A DNA stretch of 64,000 nucleotides from Octopus bimaculoides (GCF_001194135.2 NC_069004.1:35182195-35246194); one strand, 5' to 3'; counted from the first letter of the stretch, positions 1 to 13,432 are shown. The notes: generated from the sequence alone by a model not told the origin. Numbers and translations are program-made.

Positions 1-1431
1 GAGAGAGAGAGAAAGAGAGAGAGAGAGAGAAAGGGAGGGGAAAATTTTGTTTTTACATGTCTTAAGATCTCCCCCACCCCGCCACCAACTGGTGTTCGTA
101 TGTCTCTTTCTACCTATCTGTTCATCTCCATTTCCATTTGCTAACCCGTAACCCAAACGCCGAATCTCCTCCTCCTCCTCCTCCTCCTCCTCCTCCTCTC
201 CTGCCATTTTGTATTTATCTCTCAATTTCTCTCGAAATCACTTCAAATAGGTAAATGATCTTCTCCATTTATCATTTATCAAACAAACCATTATTTCCAC
301 CACCACCAACAACAACAACGGCGAGAATAGAAGCAGCAACAACAACAACGGCAATACAAACAAAGAACAACAATGACAACGGCATCAGCAACAATAACAA
401 CGTCGCCGACGACGACATCGGAAACAACAACAACAGAAACAAAGTTAACAACAACAACAACAACAACTGCAGGAGCAACAGCAACAACAACAACAACATT
501 TCCCTTCTGTGAATTGAGAGAAGGTGAGAAAGTAGTAAACAGAAATCAATTATCGAACACATCATTGTTCATCTGGTGTTCGAAGGGTATTTTTTTCCCT
601 TGACCTTTAACTCCCTCCCTCCCTCCCTCCCTTTCTCCTCCTCATTTCTTACCGTCTCCACTTACCACTCTCTTTCCTTCTTNNNNNNNNNNNNNNNNNN
701 NNNNNNNNNNNNNNNNNNNNNNNNNNNNNNNNNNNNNNNNNNNNNNNNNNNNNNNNNNNNNNNNNNNNNNNNNNNNNNNNNNNNNNNNNNNNNNNNNNNN
801 NNNNNNNNNNNNNNNNNNNNNNNNNNNNNNNNNNNNNNNNNNNNNNNNNNNNNNNNNNNNNNNNNNNNNNNNNNNNNNNNNNNNNNNNNNNNNNNNNNNN
901 NNNNNNNNNNNNNNNNNNNNNNNNNNNNNNNNNNNNNNNNNNNNNNNNNNNNNNNNNNNNNNNNNNNNNNNNNNNNNNNNNNNNNNNNNNNNNNNNNNNN
1001 NNNNNNNNNNNNNNNNNNNNNNNNNNNNNNNNNNNNNNNNNNNNNNNNNNNNNNNNNNNNNNNNNNNNNNNNNNNNNNNNNNNNNNNNNNNNNNNNNNNN
1101 NNNNNNNNNNNNNNNNNNNNNNNNNNNNNNNNNNNNNNNNNNNNNNNNNNNNNNNNNNNNNNNNNNNNNNNNNNNNNNNNNNNNNNNNNNNNNNNNNNNN
1201 NNNNNNNNNNNNNNNNNNNNNNNNNNNNNNNNNNNNNNNNNNNNNNNNNNNNNNNNNNNAAAGGGATATGCCTGTGTATACGAGGTCTAATGAAAATTTA
1301 AGGGGAAAGCGGCCATACAAAGAAAACTAGAACACATATGAATTCGGCATTTAATCTCCCTGGAAGTTGTCCCCTTCTGAAGAGGGGGGGAAGAGAGGGA
1401 GGAGGAGGACGAGGAGGACGAGGAGGACGAG

Positions 1432-1510
1432 ATGGACGTTAATCGATTATATCGACTGCAGCACTTGGCTGTTGCCTTGTTTTTGCAACCCGCAACGATG
1501 CAAGGCAAAG
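1432..1510 (+). CDS. Candidate first coding exon (signal-peptide-like), product unknown
   Basis: ATG in a good context (gagATGg). Reads MDVNRLYRLQHLAVALFLQPATMQGK plus 1 nt, then the donor AAG|gtaaat (phase 1). No homology recognised. Confidence 0.28.
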
Positions 1511-2046
1511 GTAAATTCGGTGGAAGTAGAAAGTAAAGAAACAGAAAGAACAGGGAGATAGCTCAAAGCATTCCGTTCGACTCCATAAGGATTTCGCCAT
1601 TACGCCATCCTAACAACAGCAACAACATCACCCTCTTCCCTCACCCTCCTTCTCCTCTTCCTCATCAAGTGCATCATCATCATCATCATCGTGAAGGACT
1701 TCATCACAAAACCAACACCGTCAGCACCACAATAATAATAATAAATGATGATGATCGTCGTCACCACGGCTACCAACACAATCACCACCACCATCACCAA
1801 CATCATGATGGTTGTTACTATCAACGTCGTTCTCAGCATCAACAATGGGTATAACACAAACACCAACAACAACAATAGCAACAACATCAACGATAACACC
1901 AGGAAAACCATTTCCAATTAATTCTGATTTTAAGTGTTTCACTAATCCATTTTATTATAAATATTTGTTTAATTTCACTCTTAATCCGGATGCAGCAGCA
2001 TATCTACTGTAACACTACATGCACCAACCCACACACACTGATAAGC

Positions 2047-2090
<44 letters not shown>

Positions 2091-2907
2091 GAAAAAGATA
2101 CACAAATACACACACATATTTATACAATTCCAGCAAATAATGAGATAGATATATATCCCTATGGTATGACAATATGTGTATATGTACATGCCTTCATATA
2201 TGCACATACATACATTTTTACATTCATGCAAATATGTAGATATGCGCACGCTTCACGCATTTAATTACAGGTATATATATATATATATNNNNNNNNNNNN
2301 NNNNNNNNNNNNNNNNNNNNNNNNNNNNNNNNNNNNNNNNNNNNNNNNNNNNNNNNNNNNNNNNNNNNNNNNNNNNNNNNNNNNNNNNNNNNNNNNNNNN
2401 NNNNNNNNNNNNNNNNNNNNNNNNNNNNNNNNNNNNNNNNNNNNNNNNNNNNNNNNNNNNNNNNNNNNNNNNNNNNNNNNNNNNNNNNNNNNNNNNNNNN
2501 NNNNNNNNNNNNNNNNNNNNNNNNNNNNNNNNNNNNNNNNNNNNNNNNNNNNNNNNNNNNNNNNNNNNNNNNNNNNNNNNNNNNNNNNNNNNNNNNNNNN
2601 NNNNNNNNNNNNNNNNNNNNNNNNNNNNNNNNNNNNNNNNNNNNNNNNNNNNNNNNNNNNNNNNNNNNNNNNNNNNNNNNNNNNNNNNNNNNNNNNNNNN
2701 NNNNNNNNNNNNNNNNNNNNNNNNNNNNNNNNNNNNNNNNNNNNNNNNNNNNNNNNNNNNNNNNNNNNNNNNNNNNNNNNNNNNNNNNNNNNNNNNNNNN
2801 NNNNNNNNNNNNNNNNNNNNNNNNNNNNNNNNNNNNNNNNNNNNNNNNNNNNNNNNNNNNNNNNNNNNNNNNNNNNNNNNNNNNNNNNNNNNNNNNNNNN
2901 NNNNNNN

Positions 2908-2953
<46 letters not shown>

Positions 2954-3004
2954 TGTATATTAGTGTCTGTGTGTGTATCCCTCCACCAACATCTCTTGAC
3001 AACC

Positions 3005-3178
3005 GATGCTGGTGTGTTTACGTCCCCATAACTTAGCGGTTCGGCAAAAAAGGCCAATAGAATAACCGATGGACTAAGTACCAGGTTCTAAAATTTCAAG
3101 TACTATGGTCGATTCGTTCGGCCACAGTAAAATCCTTTGAGACCGTACCCCAGAATGGCCGCAGTCTAATGACTTAAA
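3005..3178 (-). mobile_element. SINE-like dispersed repeat, family B
   Basis: Reverse complement carries GCGGCCAT(T/G)CTGGGG ... GCCGAACCGCTAAGTTA ... GGACGTAAACACACCA, shared with the other family B copies in the window. Confidence 0.8.
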
Positions 3179-3469
3179 TACGTAAAAGCTTAAAATCCAC
3201 GTTCCTCCTTCGGCGTATCTCTAGTTTTGCTCCATATTTTGTTTCTCACCAACCAAATGATCTTCTCTAATTGTTTCTGACATAACAACTGTCTTGTTTT
3301 ATATCCAATGCATATCACATGGCAACTATCTTGTATTCTATTTAGTGTATTTCTCGCTGTGCGGATACATTGCAGTAGATTTTATTATAGGTTTTATATT
3401 ATTTTACTTGAAATATTTTTTTATGGAATGTTTATCTCGTATATTCGATAGCTTTTACTCGTTTCAAGT

Positions 3470-3632
3470 ATTGGACTGCGGCCATGCTGGGGCACCGCCT
3501 TAAATTTGTACAGGAATGCATCGACGCCAGTACATATTGTTTTAAAACGTGGTACCTTTTCTGTCGGTCTCTTCTGAACCGACAAGTTACAGGAACGTAA
3601 ACACACCAGCCACGGATGTTAAGTCAAGCGAC
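3470..3632 (+). mobile_element. SINE-like dispersed repeat, family B
   Basis: GGACTGCGGCCATGCTGGGGCACCGCC ... GAACGTAAACACACCAGC. Inverted relative to the copy at 3005-3178. Confidence 0.8.
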
Positions 3633-3674
3633 GGTGAGTGACTAACACAGAAACAAAGACGCCAGATGGAACAG

Positions 3675-3850
3675 GGACAACTGACGAAGGGGTATACTCT
3701 TTATGTTGCATGTCTCGTTTCTCTGTTTTTTTTGTTTTTTTTCGTTGTTCGATAAAAGTTCGTTTTCTGTTTTCGTTGATTTTGTGCTGCTACGAACAAG
3801 CTTTCTGTCTCCTTTTCAGCCTTCCTTTCTGCAACCTCAACCGTGCCTCA
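3675..3850 (+). repeat. Dispersed T-rich repeat starting CTGAYGAAGG (second copy 22740-22830, minus)
   Basis: CAACTGACGAAGGGGTATACTCTTTATGTTGCATG aligns by eye with the reverse complement at 22822 (CAGCTGATGAAGGATATGTTCTCTATGTGGCCTG). Confidence 0.4.
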
Positions 3851-3862
3851 CTCTTTCTATTT

Positions 3863-3895
<33 letters not shown>

Positions 3896-3896
<1 letters not shown>

Positions 3897-4110
3897 GGCG
3901 GCGCGCTGGCACAATTGTTAGCGCGTTGAACGAAATGCTTAGCAGTATTTCACCCGTCGCTACGTTCTGAAATCAAATTCCGCCGAGGTCGACTTTATTC
4001 TTAATCCTTTCGAGGTCGATAAATTAAGTACCAGTTAAGTATTGGGGTCGATGTAATCAACTGTCCCCCTCCCCAAAATTGCAGGCTTTGTGCCTATAAT
4101 AGAAAGGATT
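3896..4110 (+). mobile_element. tRNA-derived SINE, family A
   Basis: GGCGGCG(A/C)GCTGGC head, AATTCCGCCGAGGTCGACTTT core, GGGGTCGAT...TGTGCCT 3' part. (ATT)n on both sides. About 11 copies in the window. Confidence 0.88.
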
Positions 4111-5335
4111 AATATTATTAACAATACTATTATTATTACTATCATCATCATCATTATTATTATTATTATTGATATTATTATTATCTATTGTTTGTTATGT
4201 CATTATATATGCCTTTGCTGTAGCAAATCCTGTCACTTGCTACGGTTTATAAATTTCTCAATTTATATAATTAAGTAGAATCTAATTGTTATTCCGTCCA
4301 TCTTTGTTTCAAGACGAAGAATTTGTCCAAAGACATTCTGACCAATTCCAGCTAGTATGTCCATAGCAATTAGCTTCCAAAATATAACAGGGTGCCATCA
4401 TAGAATATTAATAACAGTAATCTCATTTAACAAAACTAAATAGTGCTGATAACATTAACATGTTATTAGTATGTGTGTGTGTGTGTGTATATGCATATGT
4501 ATAAATATATATAAATGTATGTGTATATGTATGCGTGCATAAATCTATATAACTATCCATCGACCTATCTATTTCTGTTTCTCTCATCTTCTCTTTCTCT
4601 GTATGTATATATANNNNNNNNNNNNNNNNNNNNNNNNNNNNNNNNNNNNNNNNNNNNNNNNNNNNNNNNNNNNNNNNNNNNNNNNNNNNNNNNNNNNNNN
4701 NNNNNNNNNNNNNNNNNNNNNNNNNNNNNNNNNNNNNNNNNNNNNNNNNNNNNNNNNNNNNNNNNNNNNNNNNNNNNNNNNNNNNNNNNNNNNNNNNNNN
4801 NNNTATATACATGTGTGTGTATACATATACATACAACAAAGGCAAACACCCACGTTTATTATAAACAATTGTTACTGTAACATTGTGATAATGGTGATGA
4901 TGATGATGACAACGCTGACGATAACTATGATGATGATGAGGAGGAGGAGGAAGTGCGCCCACTTTACTTGTTCCTGCTGCTGATGATGATGATGATGATC
5001 ACGATGATGTTGATGTAGACAGCGATGATAACCATAAGCATCATCATCATAAACATGATAATAATATATGTACACTGCGACAATTATAGTAATGTTCAGT
5101 CACTTCGAACCAATCTCTGGCATTGCTCAGCATTGGCATTTCTTCAGATCTATGGCTTTGTTTTTATTATTATTGTTGTTGTTGTTGTTATATTTTGGTT
5201 TTGCTTGACTTTGAGCAAGCTGCACCAAAGTATCAATCGGAGACGTCAAGAAACAAGATTCTGCATCTGAAGGTACGAACAAGTGAGGTGACATGTAATT
5301 GAAACAACTGATGTCTGTGCACAAATAATAATAAC

Positions 5336-5378
<43 letters not shown>

Positions 5379-5667
5379 GAGGTAACTCGAATATGGAATC
5401 TACAAACAGAAACAATTCTTATCATAGTAGGTGCATTAGGTATAATAAAAATATATTCAGACAAATACATAACAAAAACACCAGGACTTACAAGTATATA
5501 TAACATACAGAAAATTGCACTACTGGGCACTGCACACATCCTACGCAAAACACTTTCAATACAGTAACCATAAGAGCATCACAGCAAACCACAGCACATA
5601 CCCAAGGCACACAGAGCTGCGCTCGGTAGTGAAGTGAAAGCACGTCATAAAAATAAAACTACTGAAC
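5379..5667 (+). mobile_element. 3' end of an R4/Dong-type (restriction-like endonuclease) non-LTR retrotransposon, inside (TAA)n
   Basis: 5379-5567 translates without stops as EVTRIWNLQTETILIIVGALGIIKIYSDKYITKTPGLTSIYNIQKIALLGTAHILRKTLSIQ*. The IVGALG and QK..LLGTAHILRK motifs are typical of the R4/Dong C-terminus. A 3' UTR of about 100 bp follows. (AAT)n at 5324-5378 and 5668-5692. Confidence 0.85.
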
Positions 5668-5789
5668 AATAATAATAATAATAATAATAATAAAACTAAA
5701 ACAACAACAGCCATTACCCTGAAAAAGATTGCATGGGGAGGAATGTATTATGATTATAATTATTACTTTTATTATTGTTGTTGCTATTA

Positions 5790-6310
5790 TTATAGAGTGA
5801 GAGAGCAGCGCATGTTATCAAAATGACAGTGCAGTAAAATATACAAAGCCCAATATACCCGTCTGTTAAGGGCATGCATCACAACCATATATGCATGACA
5901 TGGTGGCCTCACATCAAGATAAACAGCGCATGACACGGCAGGTGGGGCCCAGTTAGAATTTTCTTCAGGTTGAATAGCCCATCTCGCTCAAAAGATCCTT
6001 GAATAAGGGTTGTTTAAGGATGTTAAACGAAACACCCATGTTTCCAAAAGTGAATTATCCCAACCCCAAAGAATACTTTCCAGCACCTGGCTATGACGCT
6101 GCCTCAGTACTTCTGCTCGTGATCAGAGATGCACATATCGTCAGCCACCAAGGGACATGCTCAACTGATGAAGGTCAAACAACTGACAAGCAAATCTGTG
6201 GTATTGAGCAGAATATTTGCTGTAACCCATCTTTTATACCAACAATGTAAATGATAGCACTTCCAATCAGTTAAGATGAAAAGACATGAGAGTCACTGCC
6301 TTGTACAGAA
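5790..6310. repeat. Unclassified ~520 bp element between (ATT)n arrays
   Basis: Complex-sequence island bounded by ATT-rich tracts, with no coding motif. It resembles a high-copy octopus repeat from recall only; there is a single copy in the window. Confidence 0.35.
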
Positions 6311-6791
6311 TCATTATTATTATTATTACAATTATTATTATTATTACTACTTTGTTTCGCCAGACATAATTTTTTCCTATTATGTATATTGATGTCCAAC
6401 GACACAGACAGCAACACTAACAAGAGTTACATCTCCATATCTGTCGTCCCCACTTCACGAATACATTTCTCATCCCGCAGAACATCCCCCAACCCTTTCT
6501 CCAATATTATTTCTGCTAATAGAGTCTGAATGCATACGATTCTATTTAGGACGAACCCTCCAGAAATCGCAGTGTCCTCCCTACTTTGATCAGTTTTCAT
6601 TAAGTAATGAGAAGACCTTCATTAACAGAATGGAATTCGACATAATTAGTATCTATATCTTTTTCCTGGCTCTTCTCTTCTCCGTTTGGTCATCCAGGCT
6701 TTGTATANNNNNNNNNNNNNTATATATATATTTACATGTGTGCCTGTATTTATATTAATATATATTACACACACTTACTCACACACATATA

Positions 6792-6831
<40 letters not shown>

Positions 6832-7201
6832 TATGTATATATTTACATACATGTGTGTGCCTGTATTTGTATCAATATATATTACACATACTGACGCACA
6901 CACACATACATACCGAGAGAGAGAGAGATAACTATTCACAGGCCTACGTGCCTACGCATCAACAGACACGCCTAGTCTCTTTTGCACAGAAATAAAGCTT
7001 AAAATATACTTGAGATTTACGGATTTGGAAATAAAAGCAATTGAAGACAGAGAAAAATGGCCGAATTTGAGTTGTCAGATATATATATACGATATAAATA
7101 ATGATAGATATAGACACAGAAAAATGGATAGACACAAAGAGATGATAGACACAGAGATACAGATAGACACCGAGAGATAGATAGAGATAATAACTTACGC
7201 A

Positions 7202-7240
<39 letters not shown>

Positions 7241-8673
7241 TGTATATATACAGATGTGTGTGTGTGTGTGTTTGTGCCTGATCGTTTGTATATATATGAA
7301 TTAAATGCACACTGACCGGAGATGATTAAAACAAAATTGTAAAGCTTTACACTTAACACGTTCCTGTAAACTGAGACTTGCAAATGCATTCGGTGAGGTA
7401 ACGGATTCATATAAGAAAATGTCATTACAGACAATATACATAAAAACACCCCGTAACTGGGTTACAAATACAAGTATTGGACTAAGCCACTGAATCTCTC
7501 GTTCATAGCGCTCTAACACTTGACAAACTTTGCACACGCCAGCACATTTATTATTTACTGTCTAATGGCAAGTTGGAATTTTAAATACCACGCTAATCAG
7601 CAATGATAAGAATTGTGTAAATATACGTTCAACATATTGTATAATATTTGTTGCATAACGTTTCTGTGTTATATGATGACGTATGTTGAATGAAATATGC
7701 GTATTGTATAACTGTGTGTTGCATAATTGTGCTGTGTAATAACTGTATGGTATACAATGGCTCATGATTTGTATGATAACTGTGTTGCTTGGTGACTCAG
7801 GTGTATAGCGACGTGTGGTGCGCGTTGACCCATGTTGTAAGACAACTGTTGTGTAATGCTTTCTATTTTGATTGATAACTCTGTACTGTTTGATGACTTA
7901 TGTCGTAGGATGACTTGTGTAACGTAGGATGACTTGTGCGATGAGTGATATGTAAAAAAATGTGCTGTATGATAAGTGCTTTTGAGCAAGTGATTGTGTG
8001 CTTGCCGTTAATTGCACGCTGTCTGATCCCTGATTGATACCGTTGCTAATACTAATACTGCTACAGCTGCTACTGCTGCTGCCACTGCTGCTCCACCCAT
8101 TCCTAGTTTAGATTATATGTTTCTAACAAAGGCAAAATGCCGATCAGAAATCGATAAAGGAGTGAAGGGTTTAGTCGAAAGGATTGAACCGACCTCAAGT
8201 AAATGCTTAACACTTCAAATCGTCCGTTTAAACCCTGGCCCCAAAAACGAGGCGTGAAGTCACACCGAAATAACATTCGATCTCGCAACTCTGATTGATA
8301 AAACTGAATGCTGTAAATCATTAATCTGAAGACCGTCTCGGTCAATCATGCCACTCTAGGGACCTCGTTTATCTTAAATTATATTTAAAAAAAACAAAAA
8401 CAAAACAATTGCCAGCAGAAAATAAATAGAAAGTATAAGTGATAAACAAAAGGCCCGTAAGTCAAAAGAACGAGTGTGTGTATGGTGAAGGCGGTGGTGT
8501 GTAGGGTAGTAAATATAGTGCAGCGGTGTAACAATGGAATGGGTCACCGCACAACAATAGCCCGGGTTGATATTTGCGCTACAAGCATCGATTTATTTTA
8601 CAATAGCAATTTCGAATTGCTTCGATTGATTCTATATCTGACTTTTTTAGTGTTTTTCATCTGTATTCTAGGC

Positions 8674-8732
<59 letters not shown>

Positions 8733-10324
8733 AAGTATAAATATAAATGTATATATATATATATGTGTGTGTATATATATGTTTATATATACATATATGT
8801 ACATATACATATCTATATACATATACACACACATGCACATATACATAAATACACATGCACGTAAATANNNNNNNNNNNNNNNNNNNNNNNNNNNNNNNNN
8901 NNNNNNNNNNNNNNNNNNNNNNNNNNNNNNNNNNNNNNNNNNNNNNNNNNNNNNNNNNNNNNNNNNNNNNNNNNNNNNNNNNNNNNNNNNNNNNNNNNNN
9001 NNNNNNNNNNNNNNNNNNNNNNNNNNNNNNNNNNNNNNNNNNNNNNNNNNNNNNNNNNNNNNNNNNNNNNNNNNNNNNNNNNNNNNNNNNNNNNNNNNNN
9101 NNNNNNNNNNNNNNNNNNNNNNNNNNNNNNNNNNNNNNNNNNNNNNNNNNNNNNNNNNNNNNNNNNNNNNNNNNNNNNNNNNNNNNNNNNNNNNNNNNNN
9201 NNNNNNNNNNNNNNNNNNNNNNNNNNNNNNNNNNNNNNNNNNNNNNNNNNNNNNNNNNNNNNNNNNNNNNNNNNNNNNNNNNNNNNNNNNNNNNNNNNNN
9301 NNNNNNNNNNNNNNNNNNNNNNNNNNNNNNNNNNNNNNNNNNNNNNNNNNNNNNNNNNNNNNNNNNNNNNNNNNNNNNNNNNNNNNNNNNNNNNNNNNNN
9401 NNNNNNNNNNNNNNNNNNNNNNNNNNNNNNNNNNNNNNNNNNNNNNNNNNNNNNNNNNNNNNNNNNNNNNNNNNNNNNNNNNNNNNNNNNNNNNNNNNNN
9501 NNNNNNNNNNNNNNNNNNNNNNNNNNNNNNNNNNNNNNNNNNNNNNNNNNNNNNNNNNNNNNNNNNNNNNNNNNNNNNNNNNNNNNNNNNNNNNNNNNNN
9601 NNNNNNNNNNNNNNNNNNNNNNNNNNNNNNNNNNNNNNNNNNNNNNNNNNNNNNNNNNNNNNNNNNNNNNNNNNNNNNNNNNNNATATATATATATATAT
9701 ATATATATATACACTTATATATTAGTATGGTTATTAGTATATGTGTTTGTAGCACGTGTAGAGATGTAAGTGTAGGTATATTCACACAGACAGACAGACA
9801 GTCAGATACATACATACACACATACGTACTCACATTTACATATTGTTGTATATGTGTATATGTGTATATGTGAAATTATTTATGTTTAATATATACCGTA
9901 TAATATGCTCATATGCGTAAATACAGACACATGCACATATATACGCGCGCACACACACACACACCAAAACACAAACACACGCATATATACATAGACTAAT
10001 ATACTTATTATGGTTGTCAGTACGTGTGCACAATATAAATACAAAGTACATATATACACATGTATATGTGCGCGTGTATATAATTATATTTATGTATATA
10101 CGCATATATAATTCATTATAGATATTTTAGCTCGTTTAGAACCAATACAAATTCGAATTCATTCCTAATTAAGCCTCACGATCCTAATATCTTAATCTAA
10201 TTAGCATTAATAGTAAAAATACTAATAAATTTAGTATTGTTTTTCTCCATTGTTGGTACTATTGTTTTTGTAGATACTCGCCTTTGCTGTTGTTTATTGA
10301 ATATCAACGTAGAGCTATGTATAC

Positions 10325-10371
<47 letters not shown>

Positions 10372-10526
10372 TGCACATATAAATGTATATGTATGCATGT
10401 GTATGTATTCGTTGAGATCTTACAAATGTAGCAAGTCAAATATAACGAAATAAAATCTTGTAAAAATATGCACTTCAGTGTGTGTGTGCGTGTATGTGTG
10501 TGGTACAGTGAGTGATCTTTTTCCTT

Positions 10527-10557
<31 letters not shown>

Positions 10558-10908
10558 AATATACACTCAAACACTCACCTACTATCTCACATCTACAAAC
10601 GTTTGCTTGTAAGTGTGCACAAGCGCCTATTCGTATATCTTATATGCTATGGTGTGTTACAATATTATATATGATATACATTGGTAAATATATGGACATA
10701 GTTCTGATTAACAGTATAAAGTTCTTAAATATCAGCATATTATACATATATGTATGTATATATCTATCTATATATATACATATATATGTATATCTATCTA
10801 TCTATCTATATCTATATATATACACATATATATATATACATATGTATATCTATCTATCTATCTATATATATATATATATATATATGTGCATGTATATACA
10901 TACATGTG

Positions 10909-11006
<98 letters not shown>

Positions 11007-11319
11007 CATAGTAGAGTTGGAAATATTTAGGCAATCTTTATATTTTCATAAGTATAATATGTTCATAAGTAAAACACGCCTTACCAACGCGACTCCACAG
11101 TAAAATGAAATGTTACATTGAATATGAATTGTGATTAGAGCGTGAGCATAAAATATTCAATAACAAAAGAAGATTCCAAATCGCATTTTGAGAAAAATAT
11201 ATTAAAAGTGGAATTTATAAAAAAATTTCTAGACTTTAGTAATTGCTTTCTATCTTAGAAAAAGTTGCACAATTCCAACTAATTAATTAACAGCTTTCTC
11301 CTTTATAAAATAGACCCAA

Positions 11320-11525
11320 GAGACAAGCTGGTAGGACGGATATGATGCCGGACAAAATGCTTAGGAGCAATTCGTCTGTCTTTACGTTCTGATTTAAAAT
11401 TCCGACGAGACTGATATTGCTTTGCCTTTGTTTGGGGGTCGATAAAATACGTCAAGTAGTGGAGTTCGATCTCATCCACTCTCCCCTTCCCCAACATTTC
11501 AGAGTTTGTGCCTATAAGGGAAACA
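11320..11525 (+). mobile_element. SINE family A, diverged copy
   Basis: GACAAAATGCTTAG...TACGTTCTG...AATTCCGACGAG...GGGGTCGATAAAATAC...TGTGCCTATA, followed by an ATT tail. Confidence 0.75.
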
Positions 11526-11678
11526 GTTTTTCATTATTATTATTAGTAGTAGGAGTAGTGTTAGTAGTAGTAGTAGTATCATCATAAATATTATTATTGT
11601 TGTTGCTGTACTTGTAATTGTTGAAATAATCTCAGGATGCATTCCATTATTTTTGCGGATCATCATCATCATTACTGC

Positions 11679-11709
<31 letters not shown>

Positions 11710-11829
11710 GGCGTCTCTATTGAGTTCTTTGCTCTTTCGCCTCTTGTTATTTGCTTCGTATTTATCTTTCTTTTTATTTCCCTCATATTTGAACAAATCT
11801 TTATTTAATTTACATACTTCATTTACCCA

Positions 11830-11868
<39 letters not shown>

Positions 11869-13269
11869 TACTTTTTTGTTCCTTCATCTTTGTCTTTTCT
11901 TGTCACTCCCCCTCTCTCACTCATTATCCTCTCTCTCTCTCCCGAGACTCGTAATTGTATTCTTGCCAGTCAAACGTTTTGTTTTTTTTCTTACTCAGAA
12001 CTCGTCAATTTTCCACGGGTTGCTTCTTCCACATAATTTTATCATTTCAAATAAACAAATAAATAAAATGCTAAATAAACAAACAAAAAAATAATAAACA
12101 ACAGGAAAAGAAAAGAAATTTATTGCTGTAATTACTAAATTAATTATTCTTATTAATGTCATATTTCTTACTTATTTTATTATTTATATAGTAGCAGCAG
12201 CAGTAGTAGTAGTAGTAACAGTACTTTATTATTGATAGTACTATTAGTATTGTTGTTACTATTACTGGTAACATTATCACAATTATTATTATTATTATTA
12301 TTATCACTATTCGTCTTTGCAATGTCTTTCATTCGTCGTCGCACATCTACCACAAATAACTATAGTTATTATTTATATTATTGTAATCATTAACAGCATT
12401 ATTTATATTTTCATTTTATCCATATTATTATTATCTTCATTATTATTATTATTATTGCTCATTATATTAGTTTTATCCCTTCCACCTCCTCACCGTCAAC
12501 ATCAGCGCAATCTCCATCATCATTGTCAATTTAAGTGATGGTTATATTTGTTTAATCGCTTTCTCCTCCTCCCCCGCCTTCTTTTTCATTCGAAACGATA
12601 ATAATAATAATAATAATAATAAATTAAAAACAGCAACAAGTGGATATATATCTATATATGATGAAGTAGAAAAGAAACTGAAAAATAAATAGTACTTATC
12701 CCATCTGCATTGACTCGGATCGAGTGAAATAATAATAATAATAATAACAACAACAATAATAATAATAATAATAGCAACAACAACAACAACATTTATAATA
12801 ATAATATCAAAAATTGATATTTCATTTTTGTTAATATATATGTATATGTGCATATATAGTGTGTGTGTGTATGTATGTATATGTGTGTGTGTATGTATGT
12901 ATATATATGTGTGTGTATGTATGTATGTATGTATGTATATGTGTGTGTATGTATGTATGTATGTATATGTGTGTGTATGTATGTATGTATGTATGTATAT
13001 ATATATATATATATATACATACACGTATGTAATATTGAAGTATTGATTTACTGGCTGCATTTCATTGCAAAGTGTATCGAACTCCGTTGGATGTATTTGC
13101 TTGTATCGACTGGGGCCGTGGCCACGCGAACGCATCCGAGCAAAGATTTTCTACCCTTACAGATACACGTATATAAAGTGAGGGAAAAGAGAAAGAATAT
13201 CATAATGAGCGTGTATGTGTATGATATATGTATTCTGTTATTCTATAATTCTTGTATTTGTTCCAGTTA

Positions 13270-13432
13270 TCTGACAGCAGCCATGCTGGAGCACCGCCTT
13301 TAGTTGAAGAAATCGACCCCAGGACTTATTCTTTGCAAACCTAATACTTATTCTATCGACCCACATTGCAGAACCGCCTAGTTGCGGGGACGTAAACACA
13401 CCAACATCGGTTGTCAAGCAATGGTAAGGCGA
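13270..13432 (+). mobile_element. SINE-like repeat, family B
   Basis: GCCATGCTGGAGCACCGCCTT...GGGGACGTAAACACACCAACATCGGTTGTCAAGC, followed by (CA)n. Confidence 0.85.

Noticed and set aside
1287-1508. Minus ORF MPCIVAGCKN resembling a THAP domain start
   Set aside because: It lacks the downstream F..FP, W and C..HF motifs and runs into a poly-Ser microsatellite.
1600-1942. His-rich and Thr-rich ORFs
   Set aside because: CAT/CAC/AAC low-complexity DNA that is open in several frames on both strands.
6160-6180. CTGATGAAGGTCAAAC hammerhead-like core
   Set aside because: No stem II or GAAA, and no flanking stems I or III could be formed.
7880-7945. Short tandem CGTAGGATGACTTGTG units
   Set aside because: Only two to three degenerate copies with no unique spacers; an ordinary minisatellite, not CRISPR-like.
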